A stretch of DNA of 64,000 bases. It comes from Planctomycetota bacterium. Its GTDB lineage: Bacteria > Planctomycetota > JAJSAM01 > JAJVHW01. The DNA is taken from assembly GCA_965248445.1 (NCBI GenBank), contig CBDFJG010000002.1:800001-864000 (forward strand). Reading direction: 5' to 3'. Within the stretch, counting starts at the first letter, position 1, and every line of letters begins with the position of its first letter. Shown here one piece after another: positions 44,705 through 55,673 of the stretch. Below the pieces are notes generated by a model. That model was not told the DNA's origin, did not search any database, and worked only from the letters and a program-made list of their open reading frames with translations. The position numbers were made by a program, and so were the translations under genes.

Positions 44705-46152
44705 GCCGCGCTCCCCGCGGGCCAGAGTCCGGCGACAGCGTCCTGCAGTTCAACGTCAGTGGCGGGCTCCGAGAGATCCACGTGAACCACGGTCAGGCCG
44801 ACGTCCTGCACAACGCGCGTCCACGTGACCCGCCGTTCGCCGAGTCGGCGCTCCGCGTCGTCTCCCCCGCCGAGTCGGTCGCGGTAGGGGGAGCCGTCCA
44901 CGAGCACGAGCAGAGGCGCGTGCTCGTCCGCCCGGTCGCGGAGTCGCTGGAGGAATGCGCCATGCACCTCCTGCTCGGGAGTCTGAGCGAGATTCATGAC
45001 GGCGACGACGGCCGCGCCCTCACTCACCTCCGGCGGGTCTTCGCCGTACGGGACAGGCGGTGACGTGGACGAGACCGCCCGGCCGCCGAACACGTCGCGC
45101 AGGAGCCCCGCCAATCGGTCGCGGGCACGCGCCTCCGGCGTGTGGCTGTACGGCAGGACCTGCACGTGGACCGATTGACCGCGTCCGCCCGCGAGGAGCC
45201 GCCGGTAGTACGGCTCCGAGAGGTCGAGCGGCAGGTCCCTGATCAACTGGTCGCCGCGGCGTGACGCGAGCCACGCGAGAATCGCCCGCGGCACGATGAC
45301 CCAGACCACTGCGGAGATCGCGTACAGGTGCGCCCAGCGAGCGGCCGGTGCACCGGCGAACCCTGGTCGCATCCGCAGCGGCTCGATCGGAGCCACGTCG
45401 CCGTCGAGCACGGCCAGTCCCGGCGCCAGCACGACGCGCAGCAGCGCCTCGACCTGACCGGCGTCGAGGAACGTGCTCTCCCACACGACGACGAACTCGT
45501 GCGCGAGGCCGCGCAGGTACATCGACCCGATCGCCCCGAGCATCAGCAGCAGAGCGCCGGCGTGCAGCGTCCGCTCGGCCCGCGAAGTGAGCAGCGGCGC
45601 GGCGGCGCGCATCCAGTGCCCGGCATAGCGACGGAAGGCGTCGGCCGTGACTGCCGCCCGACCGTCGGGTGCTCCTCCGACGCGATTGGCGGCCGCGCGC
45701 ACGGCTCGGGACGCTCCTCCGACCAGCAGACCCCGCACGGCGTCCACAGGTCCGCGCACGAGCCCCGTCTTGCGCAACGCGAGGAGCACGTAGATCGCGA
45801 CGTTCAGCACGATCAGCAGGAGGATCGGCGCCTGCAGGAGGTGGACGAACCGGCCGCGGCCCAGCGCGGCCGTCGCGAGGCCGAGCACGAGCGCTCCCAC
45901 CAGCAAGGCGCCCCGCCACGGGACGTCCGTCACGCCGAGGGAAATGGCCCGCTCGACGCCGAGCACGCGGGACGCGGTCCGTTCGAGCAGTGCCTCGGCC
46001 CGCTGGGCGAGGAGGTGCTGGCCGGAACCGCTGCGCGCCTCCGCGGCACGCGTCGTCTCGGCACGTTCGCGGGACGACAGGACCGCGCCCTGCCCGTCGG
46101 CCTCCTCGAAGGCCCGGGCGAGCAGGACGGCACGGACCTCTTGCGCTCTCAT
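44701..46152 (-). CDS. DUF2868-like membrane protein
   Basis: WESTFL motif and TM segments; coupled to the GTPase gene. Confidence 0.75.
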   Translation of the reverse strand: MRAQEVRAVLLARAFEEADGQGAVLSSRERAETTRAAEARSGSGQHLLAQRAEALLERTASRVLGVERAISLGVTDVPWRGALLVGALVLGLATAALGRGRFVHLLQAPILLLIVLNVAIYVLLALRKTGLVRGPVDAVRGLLVGGASRAVRAAANRVGGAPDGRAAVTADAFRRYAGHWMRAAAPLLTSRAERTLHAGALLLMLGAIGSMYLRGLAHEFVVVWESTFLDAGQVEALLRVVLAPGLAVLDGDVAPIEPLRMRPGFAGAPAARWAHLYAISAVVWVIVPRAILAWLASRRGDQLIRDLPLDLSEPYYRRLLAGGRGQSVHVQVLPYSHTPEARARDRLAGLLRDVFGGRAVSSTSPPVPYGEDPPEVSEGAAVVAVMNLAQTPEQEVHGAFLQRLRDRADEHAPLLVLVDGSPYRDRLGGGDDAERRLGERRVTWTRVVQDVGLTVVHVDLSEPATDVELQDAVAGLWPAGSAA

Positions 46153-46285
46153 GGGCCGAGCATCCTACCGGCGCCCCACCCGCCTGGGACTGTCGCCAGG
46201 AGGGGGCCTGCCCCGTTACATTCCCGGTCCGCAAAAGGCCATCGGGTGCCGTCCGGCCGAGGCGTATGCGCGGAAGGAGAAGCCC

Positions 46286-47530
46286 ATGGCGCTGCCGCCT
46301 GCGGATCGATTGCACCGTGAACTCGACGAGGTCGACCCCCAGGTCGCCCGGATCCTGGACGCCGAGCGCAATCGCCAGGGCCGCGGCCTTCAGCTGATCG
46401 CCTCGGAGAACATGGTGAGCGATGCCGTGATGGCGGCCATGGGCTCGGTCTTCACGAACAAGTACGCGGAGGGCAAGCCGGGCCGCCGTTACTACGCCGG
46501 CTGCGAGCACGCGGACGAGGTCGAGCGCCTGGTGCAGGAGCGCGCGCAACGGTTGTTCCACACCGACTATCACGTCAACGCGCAGCCGCACTCCGGGACG
46601 CAGGCAAACCTCGCCGTGTACCTGGCGATGCTGAAGCCCGGGGACCGCATCCTCGCGATGGACCTCGACCACGGCGGACACCTGTCGCACGGCTCGAGGT
46701 TCAACGCGTCGGGGAAGCTGTACGACGCCCACTTCTACGGCGTGTCACGCGAGACCGAGTGCCTCGACATGGACAACGTGCGCGAGATCGCCAAGAGCGT
46801 GCAGCCCAAGATGATCGTCTGCGGCGCGTCGGCGTATCCACGCGAAATCGACTTCGAGGCGTTCGGTTCGATCGCCCGGGATGTCGGCGCCCTGTTGCTC
46901 ACGGACATGGCGCACATCGCGGGACTCATCGCCGCGGAAGAGCACACGACGCCCTTCGGCCACGCGGACTTCGTCACGACGACGACGCACAAGACGCTGC
47001 GCGGGCCGCGCGGCGGACTCGTGTTCTGCCGCGGGGAATTCCGCAAGAAGGCCGATTCGTCCGTCTTCCCCGGCACGCAGGGCGGCCCGCTGATGCACCA
47101 GGTCGCCGGCAAGGCGGTGGCGCTCGCCGAGGCCCTGGAGCCGGGATTCCGCGAGTACCAGCGGGCGGTCAAGGCGAACGCCTGCGTGCTCGCCGAGCGC
47201 CTGACGGAGCGCGGCTACCGGATCGTGAGCGGCGGCACGGACAACCACATGGTGCTCGTGGACCTGGGCGACAAGATGACCGGTGCCGAGGCCGAGGAGG
47301 CCCTGCACCACCATCACATCGAGGTGAACAAGAACCTCATCCCGTTCGACACGCTCTCTTCGGCGAAGACGAGCGGCATCCGGATCGGCACTCCCGCCAT
47401 GACGTCCCGCGGCCTCGGGACGGACGCGTTCCATGCCATCGCAGATCTGATCGCGGACATCCTCGAGGGCAAGAACGACGACGCGGACGCCCGCGTCGAG
47501 GCGTTCACCGCAGCAACGTCCGCCGTCTAG
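46286..47530 (+). CDS. glyA: Serine hydroxymethyltransferase
   Basis: LIASEN, NKYAEG, GGHLSHG, TTTTHKTLRGPRGG. Confidence 0.98.
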   Translation: MALPPADRLHRELDEVDPQVARILDAERNRQGRGLQLIASENMVSDAVMAAMGSVFTNKYAEGKPGRRYYAGCEHADEVERLVQERAQRLFHTDYHVNAQPHSGTQANLAVYLAMLKPGDRILAMDLDHGGHLSHGSRFNASGKLYDAHFYGVSRETECLDMDNVREIAKSVQPKMIVCGASAYPREIDFEAFGSIARDVGALLLTDMAHIAGLIAAEEHTTPFGHADFVTTTTHKTLRGPRGGLVFCRGEFRKKADSSVFPGTQGGPLMHQVAGKAVALAEALEPGFREYQRAVKANACVLAERLTERGYRIVSGGTDNHMVLVDLGDKMTGAEAEEALHHHHIEVNKNLIPFDTLSSAKTSGIRIGTPAMTSRGLGTDAFHAIADLIADILEGKNDDADARVEAFTAATSAV

Positions 47531-47542
47531 TCGCCGGCGGCC

Positions 47543-49162
47543 TCAGCGGCGCCGCACCGGCACCGGTTCGACGTGCACCTCGACGGTGTCGACCCCCGCG
47601 ATCCGCACGCCCCGGCGGAGCAGGGGTTCGAATCCGGGGATCGCCACGTGGATGTCGTAGACCCCCGGCTCGGCGACGAAGAAACCGAACCAGTCACGCG
47701 GGGGGATGCCCCGCCCCTCCACAGTCTGGATCGCCGTCGCCGCACCGGACGTGCGCACTTCGACGGCCACCGACCAGGACCATCTCGGGGAGACCGCCGT
47801 CTTGGGTGGCCACTTCGCGATCAGCCGCACGGGTACCTGCGGTCTCAGAAGAAAGCGCAATCCGGTCTGTCCGGCGACGACCTGGTGCTTCACGGTCGCG
47901 ACAGGGCTCCGCAAACTGCGCTGAAGGGGCTTCAAGAGCAGTGTGTGCGTGCCCGCCCCAACCTGCTCGAACTCGAACGCGCCGTCGACATCGGTGACCG
48001 CAACGGTGACCGATTGGTCGAGTCCCGGCGGCACGAGGCCCACCTGCACTCCCCACACGGGCTCGCTATCCGCTCCGACGATCACGCCGCTGACCGGCTC
48101 GCCGCCCGTCAGGACGATGTCCCCGACGTCCACGACGCCCTGCTCGATAGGCACCGTGAGTTCGGAGACGAGCGCAGCGTGTGCCGGCGGTACGAGGATC
48201 AGTCGCTCGTTTCCGCGCCGCCCGAAGCGCCCGGAAAACCGTCCGTCCGCATCGGTGTTCGCGATCTGCCGCTGCCCTTCACGAACGAAGACGTCTACGC
48301 GCGGCACCGGCTTGCCGTGTGCGTCGACGCAGCGGCCGACGAGGAGCCACTCCATCAGGCGCAAGTCGAGGCGGGTCCCGGACGCGATCTCGGCCCGCCC
48401 GTACTCGAACACGGCTCGCGAGCGGTCCTCGGCATCGACGGTCACCACGACGCGCCCGATCATCTCGCGAGGAGCTCCGGCGATCAGAAATGCTCCTTGT
48501 GAGTCCGCCTCGCCGACGACGCCGATCTCCCACTCCTCCTTGTCGTCGTACATCTCGAACGAGAGGCTCGCGCCGGGCAGTCGCGACCCGTCCACGTCGA
48601 ACACCACGCCTGTGATGTCGATCGCCGGCGCGAGCCGCAACCGCGTCACGTCACCCTCGGGGCGGGGCACCTCGAGCGACTGCGGGAGCGTCGCCGCATC
48701 TCCCGACGTCGCGCGAATGTCGAACCACCCACCCTTGCCGATGTCGAGTACCGCGATGCCGCTGTCGTCCGTGCGGGCCGACCACCGCCACCGTTCGTCG
48801 TTCAGCGGGTACGCGGGATTGGAGGGCCGAACATCCACCTCTGCACCGGCGACCGGCGCTCCGTCCAGCGTGACCCCGACGCGCACTTCGTAGTAATGCT
48901 CGCTTCGCGGCGCTGGGGCGGCGCCGCGATCGAACTTGGGCGGCGAGGCCGTTGCGCCGGGAGCTACGCGGACGCGCTTCGGGGGGCGCGCCGTGTCCGG
49001 CTCGTCCCCCGGATCTTCGACCCCGGCTCCCGCCGGCTCGTCCGGGACCGGATCGACGCCGTCCGAACCGGGACTCTCGAAGACAAACAGGACAGCGAAG
49101 ACGAGGAATAGGAGGAGAGCCAGGAACAGCGCCAATTGCAGCGCGTTCCTGCGTTGCGACAC
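47543..49162 (-). CDS. Carboxypeptidase-regulatory-like domain protein
   Basis: N-terminal TM; repeated G.V.D..G..TD.DG.F units. Confidence 0.75.
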   Translation of the reverse strand: MSQRRNALQLALFLALLLFLVFAVLFVFESPGSDGVDPVPDEPAGAGVEDPGDEPDTARPPKRVRVAPGATASPPKFDRGAAPAPRSEHYYEVRVGVTLDGAPVAGAEVDVRPSNPAYPLNDERWRWSARTDDSGIAVLDIGKGGWFDIRATSGDAATLPQSLEVPRPEGDVTRLRLAPAIDITGVVFDVDGSRLPGASLSFEMYDDKEEWEIGVVGEADSQGAFLIAGAPREMIGRVVVTVDAEDRSRAVFEYGRAEIASGTRLDLRLMEWLLVGRCVDAHGKPVPRVDVFVREGQRQIANTDADGRFSGRFGRRGNERLILVPPAHAALVSELTVPIEQGVVDVGDIVLTGGEPVSGVIVGADSEPVWGVQVGLVPPGLDQSVTVAVTDVDGAFEFEQVGAGTHTLLLKPLQRSLRSPVATVKHQVVAGQTGLRFLLRPQVPVRLIAKWPPKTAVSPRWSWSVAVEVRTSGAATAIQTVEGRGIPPRDWFGFFVAEPGVYDIHVAIPGFEPLLRRGVRIAGVDTVEVHVEPVPVRRR

Positions 49163-49164
49163 CG

Positions 49165-50160
49165 TCAGCGCATCTCCACGAGGGGCAGGTCCCTGAAGTA
49201 GAAGGTCGTGTCTTCCTGGCGGTAGGACGCCGGTACGGCGAGCGACACCGTGACGGGGAACGTCGGCGCTCCATACGATCCGTCGTCCAGCGAGTACGTA
49301 CCCGCCGCACCGCCGCCGTGCCCGCCGCCGCCGCCGAGCGTCAGCAGACGAGCGTCCGCGTCGCGGACCTCGAGCGAATCAAGCACCCACTCGAAGTCGA
49401 GCTCGATCAACGGCTGCGCGTGCGACGCCAACCACGAGCGCCGTGCGCCCGGATCACTCCACGTGCTGATGCCGAGCATCCCGTCCTGCACGAACACCCG
49501 GATCGGGAACGGCCCCAGCCGGGTCTCGTGCTCGGACGCATCGAATGGCCCCGCGGTGACCGTCTCACGCGAACGGATCTCGAAGATCCGGGCGTCGATG
49601 TCGAGATCACGTAGCCCGCGCTGCCGCTCGCGGATGTCGATGCCCTGGGTGAACAGATGCCCGTGCTTGGCGTTCACGCTCCACATCTGGTCGGGGGAGA
49701 ACAACTCGTATCCGTCGGTGGTGACGAAGCGGCGCACCGGCTTCATCCGCCCCAGGACGACGTCGTGCTCGCTCGGTTCGAGATGCCCCTGCACGTGCAG
49801 CGTGGCCGAGCCGTCGTCCGCGACGACCTGACCGGTGAGGTCGATGCGCAGATGGTGTCGGCGGCTACGCGACGGCGCAACAGCCACGCCGTCTACGGGA
49901 CGGACGATGCGCGACGTCTCTGTCCCCGGATCGGCCGCCGGGTGCATCTTGTCCGAGGGCGCATAGGGACGCGGTGGCGTGGGTGCCGGCTGCAGCACGA
50001 CGGGCGGCGCCTTCTCGAACTCGACGACGACGGGCCGCGGCACACGCGGCGGCATCCGTCGCGCAGGCGGAGCGGCGGGCGTCGTCTGGCACGCTCCCAG
50101 GACCAGAGGGACAGCGAGGAGGACGGCGAGAACGACGACAGTCAGGGCCCGCAGACGCAT
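49165..50160 (-). CDS. Hypothetical lipoprotein
   Basis: LGAC lipobox; Pro-rich linker. Confidence 0.65.
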   Translation of the reverse strand: MRLRALTVVVLAVLLAVPLVLGACQTTPAAPPARRMPPRVPRPVVVEFEKAPPVVLQPAPTPPRPYAPSDKMHPAADPGTETSRIVRPVDGVAVAPSRSRRHHLRIDLTGQVVADDGSATLHVQGHLEPSEHDVVLGRMKPVRRFVTTDGYELFSPDQMWSVNAKHGHLFTQGIDIRERQRGLRDLDIDARIFEIRSRETVTAGPFDASEHETRLGPFPIRVFVQDGMLGISTWSDPGARRSWLASHAQPLIELDFEWVLDSLEVRDADARLLTLGGGGGHGGGAAGTYSLDDGSYGAPTFPVTVSLAVPASYRQEDTTFYFRDLPLVEMR

Positions 50161-50248
50161 GCCCGCATCCTAACGCGCTTCAGACGCGCACGAAGGGCCC
50201 GGGAGCCCTCCCCTGTTCCCGCATCAGATCAGAGGCGCCCGCATCAGA

Positions 50249-51325
50249 TCACTGGTCGATCGCGAAATCGGTCGTGTCGAACCTGTTCTTCACGTACGTG
50301 TTCGCGGACTCGGTCTGCCGCGTGGAGTCGAGATCAAGGCCCGTGTTGCCCGTGGCCGTGTTCTTCGTGAACGTGTTGCCGCCCGTCCAGACGTCGATGC
50401 CGTTGCCCGGCGTGTCCTTCACCTGGTTCTTCTCGAAGATGCCGTCCGCGCCACGGGCTCGGATGCCGTAACTCGCCGTGCCGGCGATCTTGTTCTTCGA
50501 GACGGAAGAGCGCGCCCCCTCGTCGTCGAAGCCGGCGTTGGCGCCATCGACTTTGTTCTTCGTGACGACCACGTCCTCGGATGTCGACGCGATCTGCAGG
50601 GCGCTGGCCGACGCGTTCTCGACCGTGTTCTTCGAGAACACCATGCCACCCGACGCGTACGCGCGCAGGCCCACCGCGGTGTCCGTGATGGTGTTCTTGT
50701 TGATCGCGCTTCCGGTCATGTCACTGGCGCCGAACGTCGTCACGATGCCGAACAGGCAGTTCGCCACGGAGTTCCGCTCGGCCTTGTTACCCGGGCCCGC
50801 CAGCTCGATGCCGGCGTTCCCGGCTCCGCTGATGTCGTTCTTGCTGATCTTCGTGCCGGGCAGCGTGATCCCGACGACGAAGATCCCCTTGTTGCTCTGC
50901 CCACTGACCGTGTTCCCGGAGACACTCGCGGACGACGCACCGGTTATCTGGATACCGTCGGTCCCACCCGTCACGGTGCACTTCTTCACCGACGCTCTCT
51001 CGGAGCCCGAGATCTGTACGCCCTGCGTCGAGTGATCCGTGACGGTGCAGCCCTTCAACGACACCTTCGAGCTGTTGACGACCAGGATGCCCTGGGTCGG
51101 AGCGTTGATCACGGTCACACCCTGGATGCGGATCTTCTCGCAGTTGGTTACAGAGATCGACGCGGACGGGCCGGCGGCGTCGAACACCACTTCGCCCTTG
51201 GCCAGCACCTTCACTCTGGCGAGATCCACCAGCGTGAGCCGCTCGTCGTAAGTGCCGGCGTTGAGGATCAGCTTGTCGCCGTCCCCGAGTTGCCTGACGG
51301 CGTCGGCGATCGGCGTGTTTCCGAG
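50249..51325 (-). pseudogene. Right-handed parallel beta-helix protein, 5' truncated by IS66
   Basis: Regular GI.I..I.KN.I repeats; reading frame begins at the IS end. Confidence 0.8.
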
Positions 51326-52857
51326 GTACCCGTTCAGGGTATGACGATCCGCGGCCTCAGCGCGTGATCGGGAGCGCGACGAGAGCCGGCGGCGAGCGGT
51401 TGTGCGCGAGTGCCGCGCTGACGTCTGCGAGGTAATCGAAGACGCTCTCGCCACGCTGGCGGAGCGTGGCGGTGACGGTCAGGATGCGCTCGACGAAGCG
51501 GAGTCCGCGCTCGCTCTGACTTCCGTGCGTTGCGCGTCTCCACAGGACCGGCTTGCGCACCGCGCGCTCAGCGGCGTTGTTCGTCGGGGAGACGCCAGGG
51601 ACGTCGGCGAAGGTCCACAGAGCCTCCGCTCGGTCGAGCAGATGCCGAGTCGTTCCGCGTACTCGGCGGTGCTTGCTGTCTGCGCCGCGCACGAGCAGCG
51701 TCAGGAGTCGGTCCCATGTGAGACGCAGCTCACGCCGCATGCGGTCGCGGTCCCCGTGCTCGCCGAAGTGACGCTGAGCTCGCATGACAGCCTGGGCGAG
51801 ACGCACGGCCTGCTTGCCGAAGCGCCGGCCGCCGCGCGAGCCCTCGGCCAGCGCTCGAAAGTCCCTCTCGAGATGCGCCCAGCAGATCTGGCGGCGCTCG
51901 GTGGGATGCTGGTCGTAAGCGCCCATACGGTCGGTCACGAGGACGCCCCTGAAGCGCTTGCCCACGAGTCGCCGCATGGCCTTGGCGCTCCTGCGCCGAT
52001 CGATACGATGGACCGTGGCGTGCTCACAGACCGCGCTCCACAGCCAATGCAGCGTGCCACGACGCGACCACGGTGTCTCGTCTACATAGGCGACGCTGCT
52101 CGTGCGTACGGCCCCGAGGGCCTCGATGTGCGCTGAGGAGATGGCTCCCGACACCCGCTCCTCGATCGCACTGACCGTGCCCGGTGACATCGAGACGCCG
52201 ATGACGTCACGCAACAGACGACTGGTCTCGCGCCGCGACAGGCGGAAGACGCCGACCAGAGCCGCGGTGAGCGCACAGAGTCGCGGGCCGAAGGGACTCG
52301 CCGTCACACCGCTTGGCAGCGAGGCAGTGGACGTGGCGCCACAGTCCGTGCACCGTGCCCGGTGCAACCGGTGCTCGGTCACCTGGATCAGCCGTGGCGG
52401 GACCTCGAAGACCTGCTGGCGTGTCGGGGCGCGATCGATCGGGACGAGCACGTCGCTCCCACACGCGCTGCACTCGCGCGGGCGGTGGTCCTCTACGCCA
52501 TCGACCTCGGACTCGTCCACGAGCTTGCGCGTCGCCCCTTTGTGGCCGGGCTGCGCACCCTGGCGCTTGTCCGACGGCGGCTTGCGCCGCCGCCGCTTCT
52601 TGGACCACGACGGATCCGAGGACGGTGGGCGCGAGGAGGTGCGGGAGTCCCGGCGAAGACGGCTCTCGAGATCGTCGATCCGTGCCGCCTGCCGCTCGAT
52701 CACCTCCGCCTGCTCGGCAATCGTCTCGTCCCGAGCGTCCAGACGACGGGTCAGGCGCTCGACCAGATCACGCAGCTCATCGGTGCCCACATCCGATTCA
52801 TCGACCGAACGGAAAGCGATCTGGATCCGAGCTCAGAACCAAGGGCTGAACGGGTAC
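51326..52857 (-). mobile_element. IS66-family element B copy 2 (transposase 51357-52790)
   Basis: Inverted copy of 34788-36319 with the same translated protein; no TSD. Confidence 0.93.
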
Positions 52858-53698
52858 GGCTGGGCCATGGACCATCCGGAGAAACCGCCTCCCACTTCGC
52901 AGAGATCCTCCCGTCCCTACGGCGGCACTTCCATTGGCCGCCGTGCGCCTCAAGCGATTCGGCCACTGCCTTGGGGAGCACTCGTGCCACATGCCAGTAG
53001 GGCGAAGGCGCGGTCATGAGGAAGTCACGTGCGCTTCGTGGGTGGCGCTTCGCGTCGATGTTGGTCTGGTGAACGCCGTTGTCCCGCCACTCCGTGTTGA
53101 GAACGTGGATCATCTCGCGGTCGGTATAGAGCGCCCGCAGCCGAGCCGACGTATCAGTCCACCCCTCCTTCGCCTCGAGCTTCATGTCACGGGAGAACTC
53201 CACCCATCCGGACCCGGCAGAGATCTCGAAACCGTCAGGGTCTCCGCCCGCCTCCAGCGGAATCAGCGCGCGACTTGCGAGCTGCTGATCGACGAGTTCC
53301 TCCATGTCGGCCTGCTCGTCGGCCGAGGGAGGCTTGCCGATCAGTGCGTCCCAACGTGCACGGGCGCACGCCATTAGATGGGCCCGGGCAGCGTCGCGGA
53401 AGCCCGCCGGCGGCTCACGGTTCTCGAGGGAGTTCTCGAATACCGAGGTCCCATGAGGGAACCCACTCACGCCGTCGCGCAGGATCTGGGCGGCGAGAAG
53501 CGCCAAGTCGTTCTCCGACGGTTCCGGTTGCTCCTGCGCGAAGCCGACTCCGGTCATGCCGAGCAAGGAGACTGCCGCCGCCGCTACGACGCAGGCGCAT
53601 CGGGCAGGAGCACCCCGCAACGCCGACGTGAAGTTCACGCGGCTCCAGCGTGGCCTCGTCAGCGGGGGACGAGACCACGCGTTGGGATTGTGGCTCAC
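52858..53698 (-). pseudogene. Exported protein, 3' truncated by IS66
   Basis: Signal peptide ending GFA-QEQ; frame runs into the IS end; start uncertain. Confidence 0.6.
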
Positions 53699-53706
53699 GA
53701 CGCTTC

Positions 53707-54969
53707 CTAGGTGCAGTCGGGAAGCGTGTACGTCTTGACGCTGCTGCTCGGCGCGATCGAGTAGCAGCACTGATGGCCCTTCTTGGCCTTGAAGGCGGTC
53801 TGGTGCGCGCGCAGGACCAAGCCGATGGGGATGCTACACGACTGTGTCCACGTCGATACGGTGGTGGCAACCATGTTCACGGTGCTCGTGCCCACGGTGC
53901 ATGTGCCATCGTCCTCACACTTGAACTGGTAGTAGAAGATGCGATCGGTCGTCGTTCCCGCGGTCCAACCGCGCGGACAGGTCACTGCCACTGACGTCTT
54001 CACGCACTTCCCGCACGCCGTGGTGGGAACTGATGCTGGCGGCTGCTGCGCCGGAACCGTCGTGGGGTAGCAGTCGTCGTCCGTCACCGTACCGGCGGGG
54101 AGTCCGGGCTCGGCGTCGAAGAGGATGCCACCGAAGCGAATGAAGCTGTTGATCGTTCCCAATGTCGACGTGGCCATCACGGTGAGGGTGGCCCTCTCGC
54201 TCGGGTACGCGAGCGCTGCGGACGGGTCGAACGCGATCAAAGCCGTGGCGCGGCTGTCCCCCGCGAGGACGGTGACCGTCGATGGCAGTGTGAGGGCGTC
54301 CAACAGCCTTGCGTCGCCCGAGAACGACAGAGTGTACTCGAGATCGGAGGACACCACGTCGTCGAGCAGGACGGTGAGTTCCACGTCGCCGGGCGTCCGA
54401 ACGCCCTCCACGATCGACTCGTCGTCCGGGACGATCGTGTGAGCCAGCATGTCGGTGTTGGCTTGGTAGACTCCGAGGTCGTCCTCCCCGAGGACGCCTG
54501 TCGTGGGGTTCACCGTCATCACGCCCGGCCGCCCTACGTAGACGTAGAACTTCTGGTCGGCATCGATGAGCGCAGGGTGGAACGACAGGGCGTTCACCAT
54601 CGGGATCTTGGCGGTCACACGGGTGCCCGCGCCATACGGCTCGTAGGAAACGAGCGTCTCATCGAGGGTGTGGTAACGCGTCGAGCCCGACTCGGCCCAG
54701 GTCACGCCGCCACCGTCGAAGTCGAGCGCGTAGGCCACGACGACGTCGGTCGTGGGGGTCGCGTAGTCGGTGACGACTTCCACGTACCCGTGGCTCGCCA
54801 CCGTGTCGATGAAGACCGGCGATCCACCGTCCACGAGGGTCGTCGCCGATCCCGTCCCCGGGTTCCACGTGGCCGACTGGATGTCACCAGCAAATGCAGT
54901 AGCCGTGGACGAGGCGAGAACGCCCAAGACCAGCGGCAGCACGAATCTATTCATCACATTTTCCTCCAT
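53707..54969 (-). CDS. Secreted protein with Ig-like middle and 10-Cys C-terminal domain
   Basis: Signal peptide ending AFA (likely start at the second Met after GGAGG); PSTVTVLAG beta domain; Cys clustered at the C-terminus. Confidence 0.75.
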   Translation of the reverse strand: MEENVMNRFVLPLVLGVLASSTATAFAGDIQSATWNPGTGSATTLVDGGSPVFIDTVASHGYVEVVTDYATPTTDVVVAYALDFDGGGVTWAESGSTRYHTLDETLVSYEPYGAGTRVTAKIPMVNALSFHPALIDADQKFYVYVGRPGVMTVNPTTGVLGEDDLGVYQANTDMLAHTIVPDDESIVEGVRTPGDVELTVLLDDVVSSDLEYTLSFSGDARLLDALTLPSTVTVLAGDSRATALIAFDPSAALAYPSERATLTVMATSTLGTINSFIRFGGILFDAEPGLPAGTVTDDDCYPTTVPAQQPPASVPTTACGKCVKTSVAVTCPRGWTAGTTTDRIFYYQFKCEDDGTCTVGTSTVNMVATTVSTWTQSCSIPIGLVLRAHQTAFKAKKGHQCCYSIAPSSSVKTYTLPDCT

Positions 54970-55159
54970 GGTTTGCGAGCCCCAGTGCGGCTACCCTCTA
55001 CCTGGGGCCAGAGTAGATCGACGGCCCAGGACCTGTCAACACGCTGGATCGGCGGGCGAGGCGGAACCCGCGACCTGTCAAGGCGCCGGGTAGGGCTCTT
55101 GAGGCGGCCGGACATTGCGATGAAGGGCGTGGAACTCCGCCGCGGCAGGGTGGTCGATC

Positions 55160-55420
55160 TGCAGCGGTAGTGCAGCGGTGGTCGGATTCGCCCGATCCGG
55201 AGGCGCGCGGCAGATCGCACGCAGAAACCGCAAACCACTGTTCTCGAAGGACTTACGCTGGTCGGGGCGAGAGGATTTGAACCTCCGGCCTCTTGCTCCC
55301 GAAGCAACGAGAGATCGTTGTCCAGCAAGGACTTACGCGTGTCCCTCGCTGCACAAGCCGCACAAGAGGCAGGAGCGGGCGGACGTTGTGCAGCGGTAGT
55401 GCAGCGGTAGTGCAGCGGTG
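55160..55420. repeat. Attachment-site arm repeats: TGCAGCGGTAG x2 and x3, plus AAGGACTTACGC x2
   Basis: 11-mers at 55160-55180 and 55389-55420; 12-mers at 55247-55258 and 55327-55338; they flank the tRNA fragment. Confidence 0.8.
55259..55307 (-). other. 3' fragment of tRNA-Pro(CGG), att core
   Basis: TTGCTTCGGGAGCAAGAGGCCGGAGGTTCAAATCCTCTCGCCCCGACCA: anticodon arm, T arm and CCA present; D arm and 5' acceptor strand absent. Confidence 0.88.
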
Positions 55421-55444
55421 ATCCCTGGCGGAGATCGTGTCCCG

Positions 55445-55570
55445 GCCAGCGCCGACAACGTTTTCGACTACCTCGCACAGGTCAGCGCCGCCCCCGCGCA
55501 CAACCGATCGCCGCCCTCGCTCGTCGCGTTGCCGACGACGCGGTGATCGGCGAGACGGTCAATGGCTGAA
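55445..55570 (+). pseudogene. Degenerate 3' remnant of an IS66-B-like transposase
   Basis: Similar to 36197-36290 (VFDYLA.VSAA.AHNRSPP.LVALP.TR*). Confidence 0.7.
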
Positions 55571-55673
55571 CATCCATGAGAAGGCCTCTTGTGTCAAGGC
55601 GTCGGATCGACTTGGCGATCCGTCCACCGCAACCGATGCCGGCTCCCTCTGCACGCATCCATCCGCACTCGTC

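Noticed and set aside
34788..52857. Composite transposon or simple inversion between the inverted IS66-B copies
   Set aside because: Neither the outer flanks (TCATGCGC / GGCTGGGC) nor the swapped flanks form a duplication, and the interval holds the core gene glyA
55259..55335. Functional tRNA-Pro gene
   Set aside because: D arm and 5' acceptor strand are missing
55160..55420. Short repeats as a CRISPR array
   Set aside because: 11-bp tandem units without spacers and no cas genes; they fit integrase arm sites better
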